A stretch of DNA of 64,000 nt from an uncultured Desulfosarcina sp. (GCA_963674945.2 CAXXWQ010000003.1:1952001-2016000); one strand, 5' to 3'; positions 11,191-21,087 are shown, numbered from the stretch's first letter. Program-made: numbers and translations. Notes: a model not told the origin generated them from the letters alone.

Positions 11191-11439
11191 TGATTACCAT
11201 ATCCTCTTGTTGTCTATCGGAATTGACTTCATCCCGATTTTCAATTTTTTCCAATAATCTATAGCAGATGGCAATAGTTCTTGTCAAAATCCGATCTCGT
11301 TCAACAAGCCTTCCCGCCATCAACGCACAATTAGATACAATATCGCCCATTTCCCTGCATCCCTTAAACGAAATGGGTGCCCCCCATGATATTTCCCACA
11401 CCGTGGTACGTTTCATTGACAGCCACAACCGCTTTTTGA

Positions 11440-11730
11440 GTGAAAATCGCTATCCGGTGGGTACATCGGTCACGGCTGCGGCGGGGCATCCAACATATGG
11501 CCCTTTTGCCCGATGGAGAAGTACACGCCTGCAGAAAATTTCCATCGTTGATGGAAAAGCGTGCATGACAATTCCCTCTATGACATCTGCCAGAGTGATT
11601 TGGCCAACGATACCGTGCCGGTCGGCTCGGTTTTCGCGAAGCGTCTCTTCGAAGCCGTATGTTGGAGGTGTATGGCTTTCGTCCAGAGCAAGGGCCTGAA
11701 TCCTTTTTCGGACAAGGACCCTTTCTGATT
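11440..11730 (+). pseudogene. Frameshifted remnant of a radical SAM/SPASM maturase C-terminus (SbtM-like)
   Basis: Successive frames read 'GYIGHGCGG', 'MALLPDGEVHACRKFPS', 'HDNSLYDICQSDLA', 'VCWRCMAFVQSKGLNPFSDKDPF*'; boundaries approximate. Confidence 0.6.
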
Positions 11731-11831
11731 CGCCCAATCGGCAACGACGCTAGGGCGATGACGAGATCTTCCTTGATGACGATAAACTTCACAGGGTCTG
11801 TGCCTATTAATGTATTCCCTTTTTTATTTTC

Positions 11832-11975
11832 TTACGGCAGTTCGGGCATCGGCAGATAACTGCGATCAACAATCTTCTCAATGGGGACCTTCTTTGCCAA
11901 CTTTCCGATATTGATCATGATTTCCTGTTGTTTGTAAATCTGCCCTTCCGGTTCCCTTCCATCTGCGGAGCAACT
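11832..11975 (-). pseudogene. 3' remnant of a substrate-binding-protein-like gene
   Basis: Reads '[45 protein letters not shown]'; no 5' part; abuts the IS remnant. Confidence 0.45.
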
Positions 11976-12600
11976 TCGCTTAGAATGCATCAGTTCCACC
12001 GGGTAAGCCCGCGATTACGTAACGGTAAGGTCGCCGGTGAAAAAGAAACAATCTCGCGGCGCCTGTATGTGCATGTTTACTATTCTCCGGACAACGAAAC
12101 CAAAAAAGAATTCACCTTCCATAAGGACTTGCTTGAACTGAAAGCGCAAATTGAGGAAGGAAAAACCGAGTTCACGAAGTCAGCGCAAAAGAAAACAGAC
12201 AAGTACTTGACCTGTTCAAGAAAGGGGTGCGGGGGACAGCTGAAAGTGGGATTCAACGATAAATCCATTACTGAAGCGAAGAAGTACTTCGGCTATTTCG
12301 CCCTCGTCAGCAATCAGACGATGGAAACATTTACCGCACTTGAAAACTATCGGATGCGAGAAAAAATCGAAGAACTTTTTACCGTGCAAAAGGGGAGGTT
12401 CGCCGGTGCGCGACCGCGCACATGGTACCCATACAATCTGCGCGGAAGGCAATTTGTACAATTTATCTTGCTGGACCATCAGTGTTTCCTGACGAAAAGA
12501 ATAAAGCACGTGCAAGCCAAGCCCAAGAAGAGAGAACCCAAAAAACTAAATCACTTATCAATGTGGATGACGCCGATCGGGAAAGAAATTACACCGGTCC
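11960..12600 (+). pseudogene. IS1634-family transposase remnant (C-terminal part only)
   Basis: '[10 protein letters not shown]', '[11 protein letters not shown]', '[15 protein letters not shown]', 'RGRQFVQFI'; N-terminal DDE region and element ends missing; boundaries approximate. Confidence 0.75.
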
Positions 12601-12604
12601 GGTC

Positions 12605-13417
12605 CTATACCTTAAATCGTCCCACCATTTCATTTAACTGTTCCGCAAGTTTTGAAAGCTCTTCGGCACTCAGGCGAACCTGTGAACTGCTATTGGCCAT
12701 TTCGCCGGCGGCGTGGTTTACCTCGCTGATTGACTGTGTGATTTCACCGGCCACGCTTGAACTCTGGGCCACATTTTCATTGACTTCGGATAACCCATTG
12801 GAGACCTGGAAGATGTTTTCGGCGATTTCCTTGGTAGAGGCGGATTGTTCCTCCACTGCGGTGGCGATGGTGGCAACGATTTGGTTGACGTCGTCGATTA
12901 CCTTGCCGATCTGCTCGATCGCATCGATGGTACAACCGGTGGAGTTCTGGATACCGTCGATTTGCTGTTTGATGTCCAGGGTAGCTTCGGCCGTCTGCTT
13001 GGCCAGGTCCTTGATTTCGTTGGCCACCACAGCGAATCCTTTGCCGGCTTCTCCGGCCCGGGCCGCCTCAATGGTCGCATTGAGAGCCAGCAAGTTGGTC
13101 TGTTCCGAAATCTCGGTGATGGTCTCCGTTACCTTTCCGATGTTTTGGGCAGCCTTGCCCAGGGTCGCCATCTGTTCTCCGGCGTCCGTGGTTTGGGTAA
13201 CCGCCTGATCAGAAATGGACCTGGCTTTTTCTGCATTCTTAGCGATTTCATCGATGGTGGCAGTCATCTCTTCCGCAGCCGAAGCGACCATGCCGGTATT
13301 GGTATTGGATTGCTCCATGGCGGCAGAAACCGAGGTCATATTAGCACTCATCTCCTCTGCTGCCCCAGCGACGGTGTCGGACTTTCCCGATGTCTGCTCG
13401 GCGCTGGCCGACATTTG
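12605..13417 (-). pseudogene. Methyl-accepting chemotaxis protein signalling domain, 5'-truncated by the prophage end
   Basis: '[40 protein letters not shown]'; the frame runs directly into the prophage terminus at 13418. Confidence 0.88.
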
Positions 13418-13426
13418 TGTAACGCG

Positions 13427-13465
13427 GCACCTGGTTTGAAACCATTTTGCACCTGGTTTGAAACC
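13427..13465. repeat. Left-end transposase-binding sites: two direct copies of GCACCTGGTTTGAAACC
   Basis: 17-bp perfect repeats at 13427-13443 and 13449-13465 (22-bp period). Confidence 0.85.
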
Positions 13466-13489
13466 GCGTAAATTGCCCTTAAATCCCCT

Positions 13490-14248
13490 TTAAAAATTCG
13501 TAATCAGCAACTCATTCCCAACCGTCTGCTTGCCAGTCGAAACTGTATATTTAAGCGAAACGGGTTTGATCTCGAATGCTTTAAATACCTTCCTTATATC
13601 GGGATGGTCGTTGATACTGAGTAAGAATTTTCCATTAATGCCGGCCAAAACATCGGCCATCTGTTCATAGTCAGATATCGTCATGTTGTGTTTGTAAACC
13701 GGGCTCTTATAATAAGGTGGATCACAATAAAACAAGGTCCCAGCCCGATCGTATTTCGAAATAAAATCATCCCAGGACAGATGCTCAATCGTAACACCAA
13801 TAAGCCGCAGATGGACGGAAGAGAGTTCCTCCTCCATCCGGACCAGGTTGATTCTCGGTTGGCTCATCGGTGCTGTTCCATAAACCCTGCCTCTTACCCT
13901 CCCTCCAAAACATAGCCGCTGCAGATAGTAATATCTGGCCGCGCGTTGGATATCCGTAAGCCCTCCAGCATCCTGTTGCCGCTTCCAGTCCTCGAACCAC
14001 TCCCTGGATGCCAATAGCCACTTGAACTGCTTTAAAAATTCCTCCAGATGATTCTGCAGCACCCTGTAGAATGCGACCAGATCGCCATCCAGGTCATTGA
14101 TCACCTCGTATTTGGATTGCTCCTTCCTGAAAAACACCCATGCAGCACCGGCGAACACTTCGCAATAGGATCTATGCTTGGGCATCATTTCAATGATGGT
14201 ATTTGAGAGTTTCGATTTTCCGCCGATATAAGCCAATGGACTGTTCAC
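13490..14248 (-). CDS. DNA adenine methyltransferase (D12/Dam class) at the mom position
   Basis: 'YIGGKSKL', 'YCEVFAGAAWV', 'EVINDLD', 'YCDPPY'; GTG at 14248 with GGAG RBS. Confidence 0.93.
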   Translation of the reverse strand: MNSPLAYIGGKSKLSNTIIEMMPKHRSYCEVFAGAAWVFFRKEQSKYEVINDLDGDLVAFYRVLQNHLEEFLKQFKWLLASREWFEDWKRQQDAGGLTDIQRAARYYYLQRLCFGGRVRGRVYGTAPMSQPRINLVRMEEELSSVHLRLIGVTIEHLSWDDFISKYDRAGTLFYCDPPYYKSPVYKHNMTISDYEQMADVLAGINGKFLLSINDHPDIRKVFKAFEIKPVSLKYTVSTGKQTVGNELLITNF

Positions 14249-14275
14249 GGTAATCTCCAAACGTATTTTGGCCAC

Positions 14276-14360
14276 AAGGGCCGTCTGTTTTCAGATGTTT
14301 GGTTGTCCACTGGCAGCCATTCGCCCTGGGGATGTCGCCACATCCACCAGGGCGGCCCTT
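14276..14360 (-). promoter_or_regulatory. Multi-stem structured leader upstream of the methyltransferase
   Basis: AAGGGCCG/CGGCCCTT outer stem enclosing three hairpins. Confidence 0.55.
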
Positions 14361-14367
14361 TTCGTTT

Positions 14368-17300
14368 CTACGGTGTTGCGTTGGTAACCGTCTTGAACCC
14401 GGTCACGATCATATCGTCACCGTCTGTGGCATCGACGATCGTCCCCCTGGCCGGGTAATTGATATGCACCGTCTGGCCGTTGGTCGCGGCCGTGGCTGCG
14501 GTAAATGTCCTCGTCGCGCCGGAGCCGCTGGGAGAAGACAGATTGATCGGCGTATCGATATCCCAATCGTAGTAAAGGAAAAGATCGCCGGTGTTATATG
14601 ATGTCGTGTCGACCGATTGGGACCACGTGACCGATACGCTCGATCCATTGATCGAAACCGCTGTGATATAAGGCCAGTCAACGCCGAAAGAGGCATTGTT
14701 CGTTGCTGCCCATCCTTCGACTATCCCGCCGCCGGCTGAATTGTCGTGCGCATAATAATTGACATTATCAACGTAGATGCGATCCGAGACGGTGTTGCTG
14801 TAAAACTCGATTTTATGCATCAACGTCACACCATAGGAATCGGAGCAATTCCCAGGGTTGTACACAAAGGCATTCAGATCATTTATGGAGTTGTTGTTAT
14901 AAAACAGCCCGTTATACGGCACACCGAATGAACAGTTACCTGTCACTGAGTAATCCGACGGGTAGCCGGTAAATGCATGTTGCATCGTCATGGAACCGGC
15001 ACCGAGAGTAGTATTACCCTCGAACATCACCCTGTAAGCTGAACCGAACACAAGCGGGCAGGAATTCCACGTATGGGTAATCGTGTTAAACCCGAAATAT
15101 AAATTTATCGCCGGGGCGCAGATTGCTACCTCGTCGCCCGCCGATGCGGCCGAAACATTTTCAGTAAAAGTAAAATCGTCATATGCATGGGCCTGGATCT
15201 CATATGTTTCACCGATCAGCGACCCGGTCAGAAACACCATGTAGTAACCAGAAAAATCAGTCGATGTGCTATCCCAATTTGCATGGGCTAATTCTATTGT
15301 GTTTGTACCAACTGCAGAGATCACATCCCGGTCAAAGGTCGTAACGTCTGGCGTGCTGTTATAGACAGCATCATAGGATGCCCCCTCTTCCCTCGGGTAT
15401 GTGATCGTATTGCAGACAACGATATTATTTTCGAGCACGGAACCGTTGCCGGTGATCCCACCGCCGCCAACTGTGGCCCCGGATTTCAGGATCAGACCGA
15501 CGAAACCGCCGTCAATCGTGTTTCGCACGATCCGGTTGTTTTTCCCGGCCCGTATTTCAATGTTATGGCCGACTCCGGACGTATTGTCCGAATCGATATT
15601 GTTGTAGTAAATGAGCGCATCGTTCGCGTATGGCAGATATATGCTGCCAAGCGTCGATCGATGTAATTCGCATCGTCGGACCTCTATCCCGTCCACCGGG
15701 ACCGCGTTGGTGCTTTGGATCGCCCTTGTATAGTTGGCGGCCCATCGCAAATCCTGTATGCGGATATGGTCGTTCCCGCCGATATTGAGCAACGTTGCCC
15801 CCATGTATGCGGAGGATGAGCAGGTCGACACAACCGGTTCGCACGTTCCGCCCGACCAACCGTCAAGGGTTACCGGGTTTCCGCTCGTACCGTATATGTT
15901 CACATCGAGGCTGTCCTCGGTGATAGTTCCTGTAAAATAAAAGATATCTCCGCTGTAATCACCTGTCAGGGCTTCAAATTGTGCGGTCGAATATGGAGAG
16001 CTTTCAGATCCGTCTCCATCCAACCCATCAGCAACATAATATGTATTCGCTGAAGCGCTTGTTCCCACCGATACGGTCCATCCCAATGTGGTTGTAAGGG
16101 CGGTGTAGGCTGCATCCGATGAGGATGTCCGGTTCGCGTTCCCGGTCAGATTGATGTTGCCGCCGGTGGCGCCATGGGCGGCAAGGTCGATCAGGATATT
16201 GTCCACCTCCGTTGCATCCAAACCGAGATTGTCGAACGTGAGGATTGCCCCGTTTCCGGTGTTGAACGGCCACGAACCGCCGGTATAGTCGTCAATACCG
16301 CAGCCGGAGAGAAAGATGCTGGTTGCCAGGGACGCAGGCAGATCCGCAATGTCCCCTGTAATGGCAGTCCCTTCCAGGTTGAGCACGCTGGTCGGAGATA
16401 TAGAAAAATCAGATGCCGCCCCGGTAACGCTCGTATCTTTTAAATTTACAAATGAAACGAGACCGCTCGGTAAACCCGTCACACTGCCGCCTATGTTGGT
16501 TGAATTGATCGCCAGTCCGCCGGTAAGGCTACGCGGTAGGTCTGCCAGAGTCGAGCCGCCTGTGAATGTCACGCCGACCAATCCCAATAAATCGGTTAGA
16601 CCGGATGGAAGATCTCCGGCATCAAGTGACAGTCCGGTCTCGCCATTTGCAGCCAGGTATGTGACGGAATGCCAGTCTCCCGTTATAGTTCCACTGTACG
16701 TCGTCGCCGTCGAATAGGTGTGCTCGTAAAGGGTTTCGGTGACAGGGCCGGTCACGGTCGTACTGGTAGAATCACCCCAATCGATCTCAATTTCGCTCCC
16801 GGACGGCAGTGAAACGGTAAAACCGAGCGTAAGATCAACGGAACCATCCTGAGTAAACGCCATCTCCTGCGTTGGCTCTCCGATTGTCCAGCCCAGCACA
16901 TAGGCAAGGTTTCCATACGCCGTATCGGAATCTGTTGTCCTGCTATCGTTGCCGGTCAGATCAAGAGTCCCGCCGGTTATCGAATTTGCATCCGCATAGG
17001 TGTTCAGATCTATCAGAATATTGTTAACTTCCGTGGCATCCAGACCAAGATCTGCGAATGAAATTGTTTTCCCCGATGCCGTCTGCATCGGCCACGTCCC
17101 GGATGTATACGTGTTGACGGACGTATTGCTGATATCGACGTTTCCTGTAATGGTGGAGGGAAGGTCCGCGATGTCACCGCCAATTGCGGTATTCGATGCA
17201 AGAAAACTTCCGGCAAGCCCACTCCACAGATCTCCGATATCGCCCGTTACCTGCGTTCCCTCAATATCAAGGACAGAGACGACATGCGGCAGGGCTGCCA

Positions 17301-18435
17301 GCGATCCGCTTGCGGCGGTGTTCCTGAGATGAAGGTCGGTGATGTTCTGGGAAAGCGCCGTGGCATCCCCATAGGCCAGCGTATTGTCAAGGTTGAGAAT
17401 GCCGTTGAGTCCGGATGGCAATTCGGCCAGATTGATCGTAAGGCCGGTCTCGTTGGCCGCATGAAAATAGGTGATATCGTCCAGGTCATACCGGATCATG
17501 CCGTTATATGTATTGCTCGTGGGGTAGGTATGCGCAAAGTTCTGCGACGATACCGGGCCGTTGACGGTCGTTATATCCCCGTCACCCCAGACGATCTCCA
17601 CTGAACTTGCGGCCGGTAAAGAGAGCGTGAAATCGAGATTTGCATCTCCGATCTGCGAAAACGGCATGTAATCGTAATTGAGTTCCGGGATTCGATACGT
17701 GACCATCAGCGTATAGCTGTCGGTTTCAGGAACAGGTGTATTATCAACGTCGAAGCACAGACCTTCTCCGGTGGCGAGCGTATTCGCGCCAGTTACCGAG
17801 TAGATCCTTGTCTGCTCCGTGCCAGTGCTCGCCTCGATAACGGAATGGTTCATCGCCGTCCCGCCCCTGTCTTCCAGGGAGATCTCGGCGGTGGTCGTGC
17901 AGGTACCGGAACAGTGAACCCCGAAGGACTCGATGGTCATCGGCAGGTTGGCGATGAAAAACTCGTAATCGTCGTCTGCTGCGGCCAAATTATCTTTTCG
18001 GTATGTATATGTATTAACAACAACCTGATTTGCGATGGAATCATTAAGCGTCTCGATATCATCGGCGAGGTCGGATATCTCATCTTCATGATTCGTAACG
18101 GTGTCACTGAGCGCTTCAATCTCGTCGGAAAGCCCCGACACATCCGGAAGTTCGCTATCCCGCGCGATGGATTGCGGGATGTCGCTGTCCTCGAGCAACT
18201 CCAGGATCGATGAATACGGCACCCTGGTTATGTTCCAGGTCCCGTCCGGATTATTGATCGCCAGGGCCTCGTCGTCACGATCCGGAGATGCGTCCTGGGG
18301 GTAGCTGGTGGCCGGGGCCTCCGTGTCTTTGGACATCTCCATGTATTTATCTGAAGCTACCGGATCACTTCCCGTCGAGGCGCAGCCGGTAACCAGTGCG
18401 ATCATGAGACAAACGAGGATATAGGTCTTTTTCAT
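14368..18435 (-). CDS. 1355-aa predicted lipoprotein with duplicated PKD-like + LRR-like modules, a right-handed beta-helix and an Ig-like C-terminus
   Basis: Lipobox 'LVTGC'; 'EIVWGDG' and 'EIDWGDS' PKD-like units; 'GDIADLP' LRR-like repeats; parallel beta-helix repeats in the C-terminal third. Confidence 0.8.
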   Translation of the reverse strand: MKKTYILVCLMIALVTGCASTGSDPVASDKYMEMSKDTEAPATSYPQDASPDRDDEALAINNPDGTWNITRVPYSSILELLEDSDIPQSIARDSELPDVSGLSDEIEALSDTVTNHEDEISDLADDIETLNDSIANQVVVNTYTYRKDNLAAADDDYEFFIANLPMTIESFGVHCSGTCTTTAEISLEDRGGTAMNHSVIEASTGTEQTRIYSVTGANTLATGEGLCFDVDNTPVPETDSYTLMVTYRIPELNYDYMPFSQIGDANLDFTLSLPAASSVEIVWGDGDITTVNGPVSSQNFAHTYPTSNTYNGMIRYDLDDITYFHAANETGLTINLAELPSGLNGILNLDNTLAYGDATALSQNITDLHLRNTAASGSLAALPHVVSVLDIEGTQVTGDIGDLWSGLAGSFLASNTAIGGDIADLPSTITGNVDISNTSVNTYTSGTWPMQTASGKTISFADLGLDATEVNNILIDLNTYADANSITGGTLDLTGNDSRTTDSDTAYGNLAYVLGWTIGEPTQEMAFTQDGSVDLTLGFTVSLPSGSEIEIDWGDSTSTTVTGPVTETLYEHTYSTATTYSGTITGDWHSVTYLAANGETGLSLDAGDLPSGLTDLLGLVGVTFTGGSTLADLPRSLTGGLAINSTNIGGSVTGLPSGLVSFVNLKDTSVTGAASDFSISPTSVLNLEGTAITGDIADLPASLATSIFLSGCGIDDYTGGSWPFNTGNGAILTFDNLGLDATEVDNILIDLAAHGATGGNINLTGNANRTSSSDAAYTALTTTLGWTVSVGTSASANTYYVADGLDGDGSESSPYSTAQFEALTGDYSGDIFYFTGTITEDSLDVNIYGTSGNPVTLDGWSGGTCEPVVSTCSSSAYMGATLLNIGGNDHIRIQDLRWAANYTRAIQSTNAVPVDGIEVRRCELHRSTLGSIYLPYANDALIYYNNIDSDNTSGVGHNIEIRAGKNNRIVRNTIDGGFVGLILKSGATVGGGGITGNGSVLENNIVVCNTITYPREEGASYDAVYNSTPDVTTFDRDVISAVGTNTIELAHANWDSTSTDFSGYYMVFLTGSLIGETYEIQAHAYDDFTFTENVSAASAGDEVAICAPAINLYFGFNTITHTWNSCPLVFGSAYRVMFEGNTTLGAGSMTMQHAFTGYPSDYSVTGNCSFGVPYNGLFYNNNSINDLNAFVYNPGNCSDSYGVTLMHKIEFYSNTVSDRIYVDNVNYYAHDNSAGGGIVEGWAATNNASFGVDWPYITAVSINGSSVSVTWSQSVDTTSYNTGDLFLYYDWDIDTPINLSSPSGSGATRTFTAATAATNGQTVHINYPARGTIVDATDGDDMIVTGFKTVTNATP

Positions 18436-18442
18436 TTCAACC

Positions 18443-18913
18443 TCACATTTCTACAAAGTAGACAAAATTCTCATCGTTTTCATCCATACTCACGTCTGGG
18501 ATCCATATCTGGCAGGTTTGCGGCTCGTACAGGCGAACAACACCATCGTCTGGTATGAGGAAAATCAGATCATGGCTGATGCCCCGCTTAACGTGCGGAA
18601 AGTTCATCCCTTTGGCGCGACCGAAGGCCCAGGAAAGGGAAAGATCTATCGGAACGGCGCCACCGGACTGCCTTTTCGCATTGGCCTCGTCGACCAGCAA
18701 ACGAGTGAGCGCCCCTTGGAACATCCGCGCAAACTCTTCGCACTCGAGATATCCTTTCCGAGGCTTCAATTTATGAATGCCAAGGGATACGGCACGCGTC
18801 GAAAACTCATTCACGCCAGGCGACCAGGTCCGCCTGTCCGATAGCCATCGGTGATATAAGTTTGGCCATATGCCAAGCAGCCGCTGTTCGATCTGCTCTG
18901 CCGTAATGATCAT
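18443..18913 (-). CDS. Putative papain/transglutaminase-fold cysteine protease (MOA agglutinin C-terminal-like)
   Basis: 'YLECEEFA', 'SHDLIFLI', 'LYEPQT' give a Cys-His-Glu pattern. Confidence 0.55.
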   Translation of the reverse strand: MIITAEQIEQRLLGIWPNLYHRWLSDRRTWSPGVNEFSTRAVSLGIHKLKPRKGYLECEEFARMFQGALTRLLVDEANAKRQSGGAVPIDLSLSWAFGRAKGMNFPHVKRGISHDLIFLIPDDGVVRLYEPQTCQIWIPDVSMDENDENFVYFVEM

Positions 18914-18925
18914 GATGCCCGCCTT

Positions 18926-19459
18926 TTATATATATTCGAGAACGACATAGCCCCGGTTCATCGTGTCGTCGCTGAATGCCGCATTATCGAAGAGCCCGCC
19001 GGACGACCTGTTGAGTCGGATTTTTATTGCGCCGTACAGATCTTCGCCGACACTGAACCAACCGTCCGCGACATCATTGCTCTGGCTGCTGTTGTCTAAC
19101 GGAAAAGAACCGTAGGTTGTCCCTTCATCCGTGAAAATATGTACGGCCCGGATCCCGAGAATCGCGCTCTGTTCGACACCAGGATCGATGTCCCAGTTTT
19201 GGCTGTCGCTCTGCATGTCCCACGGTCCGATCGGCACCAACTTCTGCTTTACGGCCATCAGTTTGCCGATCGCCTCGAGCACCTGGGCGTCGTTGGCATC
19301 GTCCAGCGTTATGCCGGCGGCCGCACAAATGGCAACCAGCTCACGCTGCATCATGTTGAGCCACTTGGACCAGACCTCCGTTGCCAGAATTCCGCTGGCC
19401 GAATCGCCGTCGGTAAACTCATTTTCTCCGGTGGCGCTGGGTGAATCGATCTTGTGCAT
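18926..19459 (-). CDS. Short tail-fibre protein with a Mu gpS-like N-terminus (177 aa)
   Basis: 'MHKIDSPSA...FTDGD..SGILAT....WLNMMQRELVAICAAAGITLD'; directly after gp48. Confidence 0.8.
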   Translation of the reverse strand: MHKIDSPSATGENEFTDGDSASGILATEVWSKWLNMMQRELVAICAAAGITLDDANDAQVLEAIGKLMAVKQKLVPIGPWDMQSDSQNWDIDPGVEQSAILGIRAVHIFTDEGTTYGSFPLDNSSQSNDVADGWFSVGEDLYGAIKIRLNRSSGGLFDNAAFSDDTMNRGYVVLEYI

Positions 19460-20004
19460 CAGGTACCTCCATATCCGAATAAAACGGTAAGATGGGCCGG
19501 GTTGACGGAGAGAATCGCGCACTCCAGCGCATCGTTGCCCCAGGTACGGATCCGGTCGCCGGCTCGCATCTGCCCAGCACGCGCCCAGCGCACGCTGGTT
19601 TCCGGCGCATTGACGCGCCAAACCGTCGGATTGCCGCCCACGTTTTCGTCGATGGTGATCGTGTAGCCCAGCGAGTCTGCAAGGCGAATGAAGAATCCGG
19701 GCGACTGTCCTCCCACCGCCGTCACTCTGGCCAGCAGCGCCGCCCTGCGCTCTCCGAGCGTATCCAGATCTCCGGTGCATGGATCAGGCAGGCCCCAGAC
19801 CGTCTCCCACTCGGTGAGCAGCTCGATCGCGCGGGACGGGTCCATCTCCAGTAAAAGATCCTCCACGCGCTCGCCGATCCGCGCGAACTCCACGGCCATA
19901 CCCTCTATAAAGCGGCTCATGTTCGATCCGGGATCGCGCGTCCATGCGCTTCCCGGCGGGAGCAACGCCTTAATTTGGCTGGTGTAATCATCGATCAGGG
20001 CCAT
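19459..20004 (-). CDS. Baseplate protein, Mu gp48 / YmfQ (DUF2313)
   Basis: 'ALLPPGSAW', 'ELLTEWETVWGLPDPC', 'LECAILSVNPAH'. Confidence 0.9.
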   Translation of the reverse strand: MALIDDYTSQIKALLPPGSAWTRDPGSNMSRFIEGMAVEFARIGERVEDLLLEMDPSRAIELLTEWETVWGLPDPCTGDLDTLGERRAALLARVTAVGGQSPGFFIRLADSLGYTITIDENVGGNPTVWRVNAPETSVRWARAGQMRAGDRIRTWGNDALECAILSVNPAHLTVLFGYGGT

Positions 20005-21077
20005 GTTATCGTTCCCAAGGTTGGTATTTCGTCGTCATCGCATGTCACATCCGCTACCGGCGATGACAGCACGTGGCTTACCTCTCCCTTTGCGAACGAA
20101 ATTGCTTCATTGATGCGGGACAGCGGGATCGTACCGCCGGGCTCGCCTTCCTGACTGAGCAATGCGGAAAGCTCTGCCTCGATGGCCGTGCGGACAGACG
20201 TTGTGTTCGGCGTCGGCGTGATGGTGAAATTGATCGCCTTTTCCGTCGGCGCAGCGACCGTCATGGTTACGTTCACGGCACGCCCCACCGTAACGCCGGT
20301 ATTGGGATCGACGTGTTCTTCGATGTAATCGGCAACCGCCGCGATCTTGGATGAATCAGGAAAAATAGGATCGATGTCGTCACATACGAACAGCAAGGTG
20401 ACCGATCCTGGTGCCGGCGAGTTCTCATAGACCCACGCCCGCGTGACGCCCGACACTTCCAGCGCCCATTGGCGATAGACGGCGGCATTGGCGCCGGTGA
20501 AATAGGATGCGGTGCGCCGGAGCACACGCCGGCGGTATGCGGCAATCGTCTCAACGTCCAGCCCGCCGGCCAGGCCGTCCTCGTCGACGATAGCGGAAGA
20601 GTTGACGCCGGCGATGGGAGAAACCAGATCGATCGTCTCTCCGGATGCGGTATTCCAATCGGCGCCGATCTCCTCTGCCTTCAACGTCACTGTGGCCGAG
20701 CCACTGGCGATGACGGCAGAGGACTGTGTGACGAACACCACGCCATCCGCTCGCTGCCACAGGCTGCCCGTTTCGATCACGGATCCGTTCGTGCCCGTCG
20801 CCGTAACATTTCCTCGCGCATAGTCGCCCGCAATTCGGCTGACACCGTGGACCGCGCCGAATCGCAAGAGGATATCCTCATCCTGGGTGTCCGGCAGGAT
20901 CTGGCGCGATACCCACTCCATATTTCCATACAGCCCGTGGGCCATGCCGGCCAGCACGCGCGCGAACGCCTTCGTTGCCTTTCTGCGCATCACATTGCCA
21001 GCTTCCAGGAAACGGCTGTTGATGTCCGTTACGGTTCTGATAATCAGTGTTTGCATCTCTGGTCTGTCAAACGGCAC
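19995..21077 (-). CDS. Baseplate J / Mu gp47
   Basis: 'MPFDRP', 'QILPDT', 'GGLDVE', 'YRQWALEVSGVTRAW'. Confidence 0.92.
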   Translation of the reverse strand: MPFDRPEMQTLIIRTVTDINSRFLEAGNVMRRKATKAFARVLAGMAHGLYGNMEWVSRQILPDTQDEDILLRFGAVHGVSRIAGDYARGNVTATGTNGSVIETGSLWQRADGVVFVTQSSAVIASGSATVTLKAEEIGADWNTASGETIDLVSPIAGVNSSAIVDEDGLAGGLDVETIAAYRRRVLRRTASYFTGANAAVYRQWALEVSGVTRAWVYENSPAPGSVTLLFVCDDIDPIFPDSSKIAAVADYIEEHVDPNTGVTVGRAVNVTMTVAAPTEKAINFTITPTPNTTSVRTAIEAELSALLSQEGEPGGTIPLSRINEAISFAKGEVSHVLSSPVADVTCDDDEIPTLGTITWP

Positions 21078-21087
21078 GAGTTTCCTC

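Noticed and set aside
11928..13208. 426-aa plus-strand ORF as a real fusion protein
   Set aside because: It is the IS1634 remnant running into the stop-free antisense frame of the MCP
13412..13423. TTTGTGTAAC shared with 56314-56323 as attL/attR of the prophage
   Set aside because: The left copy overlaps the Mu terminus; symmetric transposase sites define the ends at 13418 and 56217, so this short match is probably chance
14368..19459. Diversity-generating retroelement or invertible tail-fibre cassette
   Set aside because: No reverse transcriptase, TR/VR pair, serine invertase or inverted fibre genes seen
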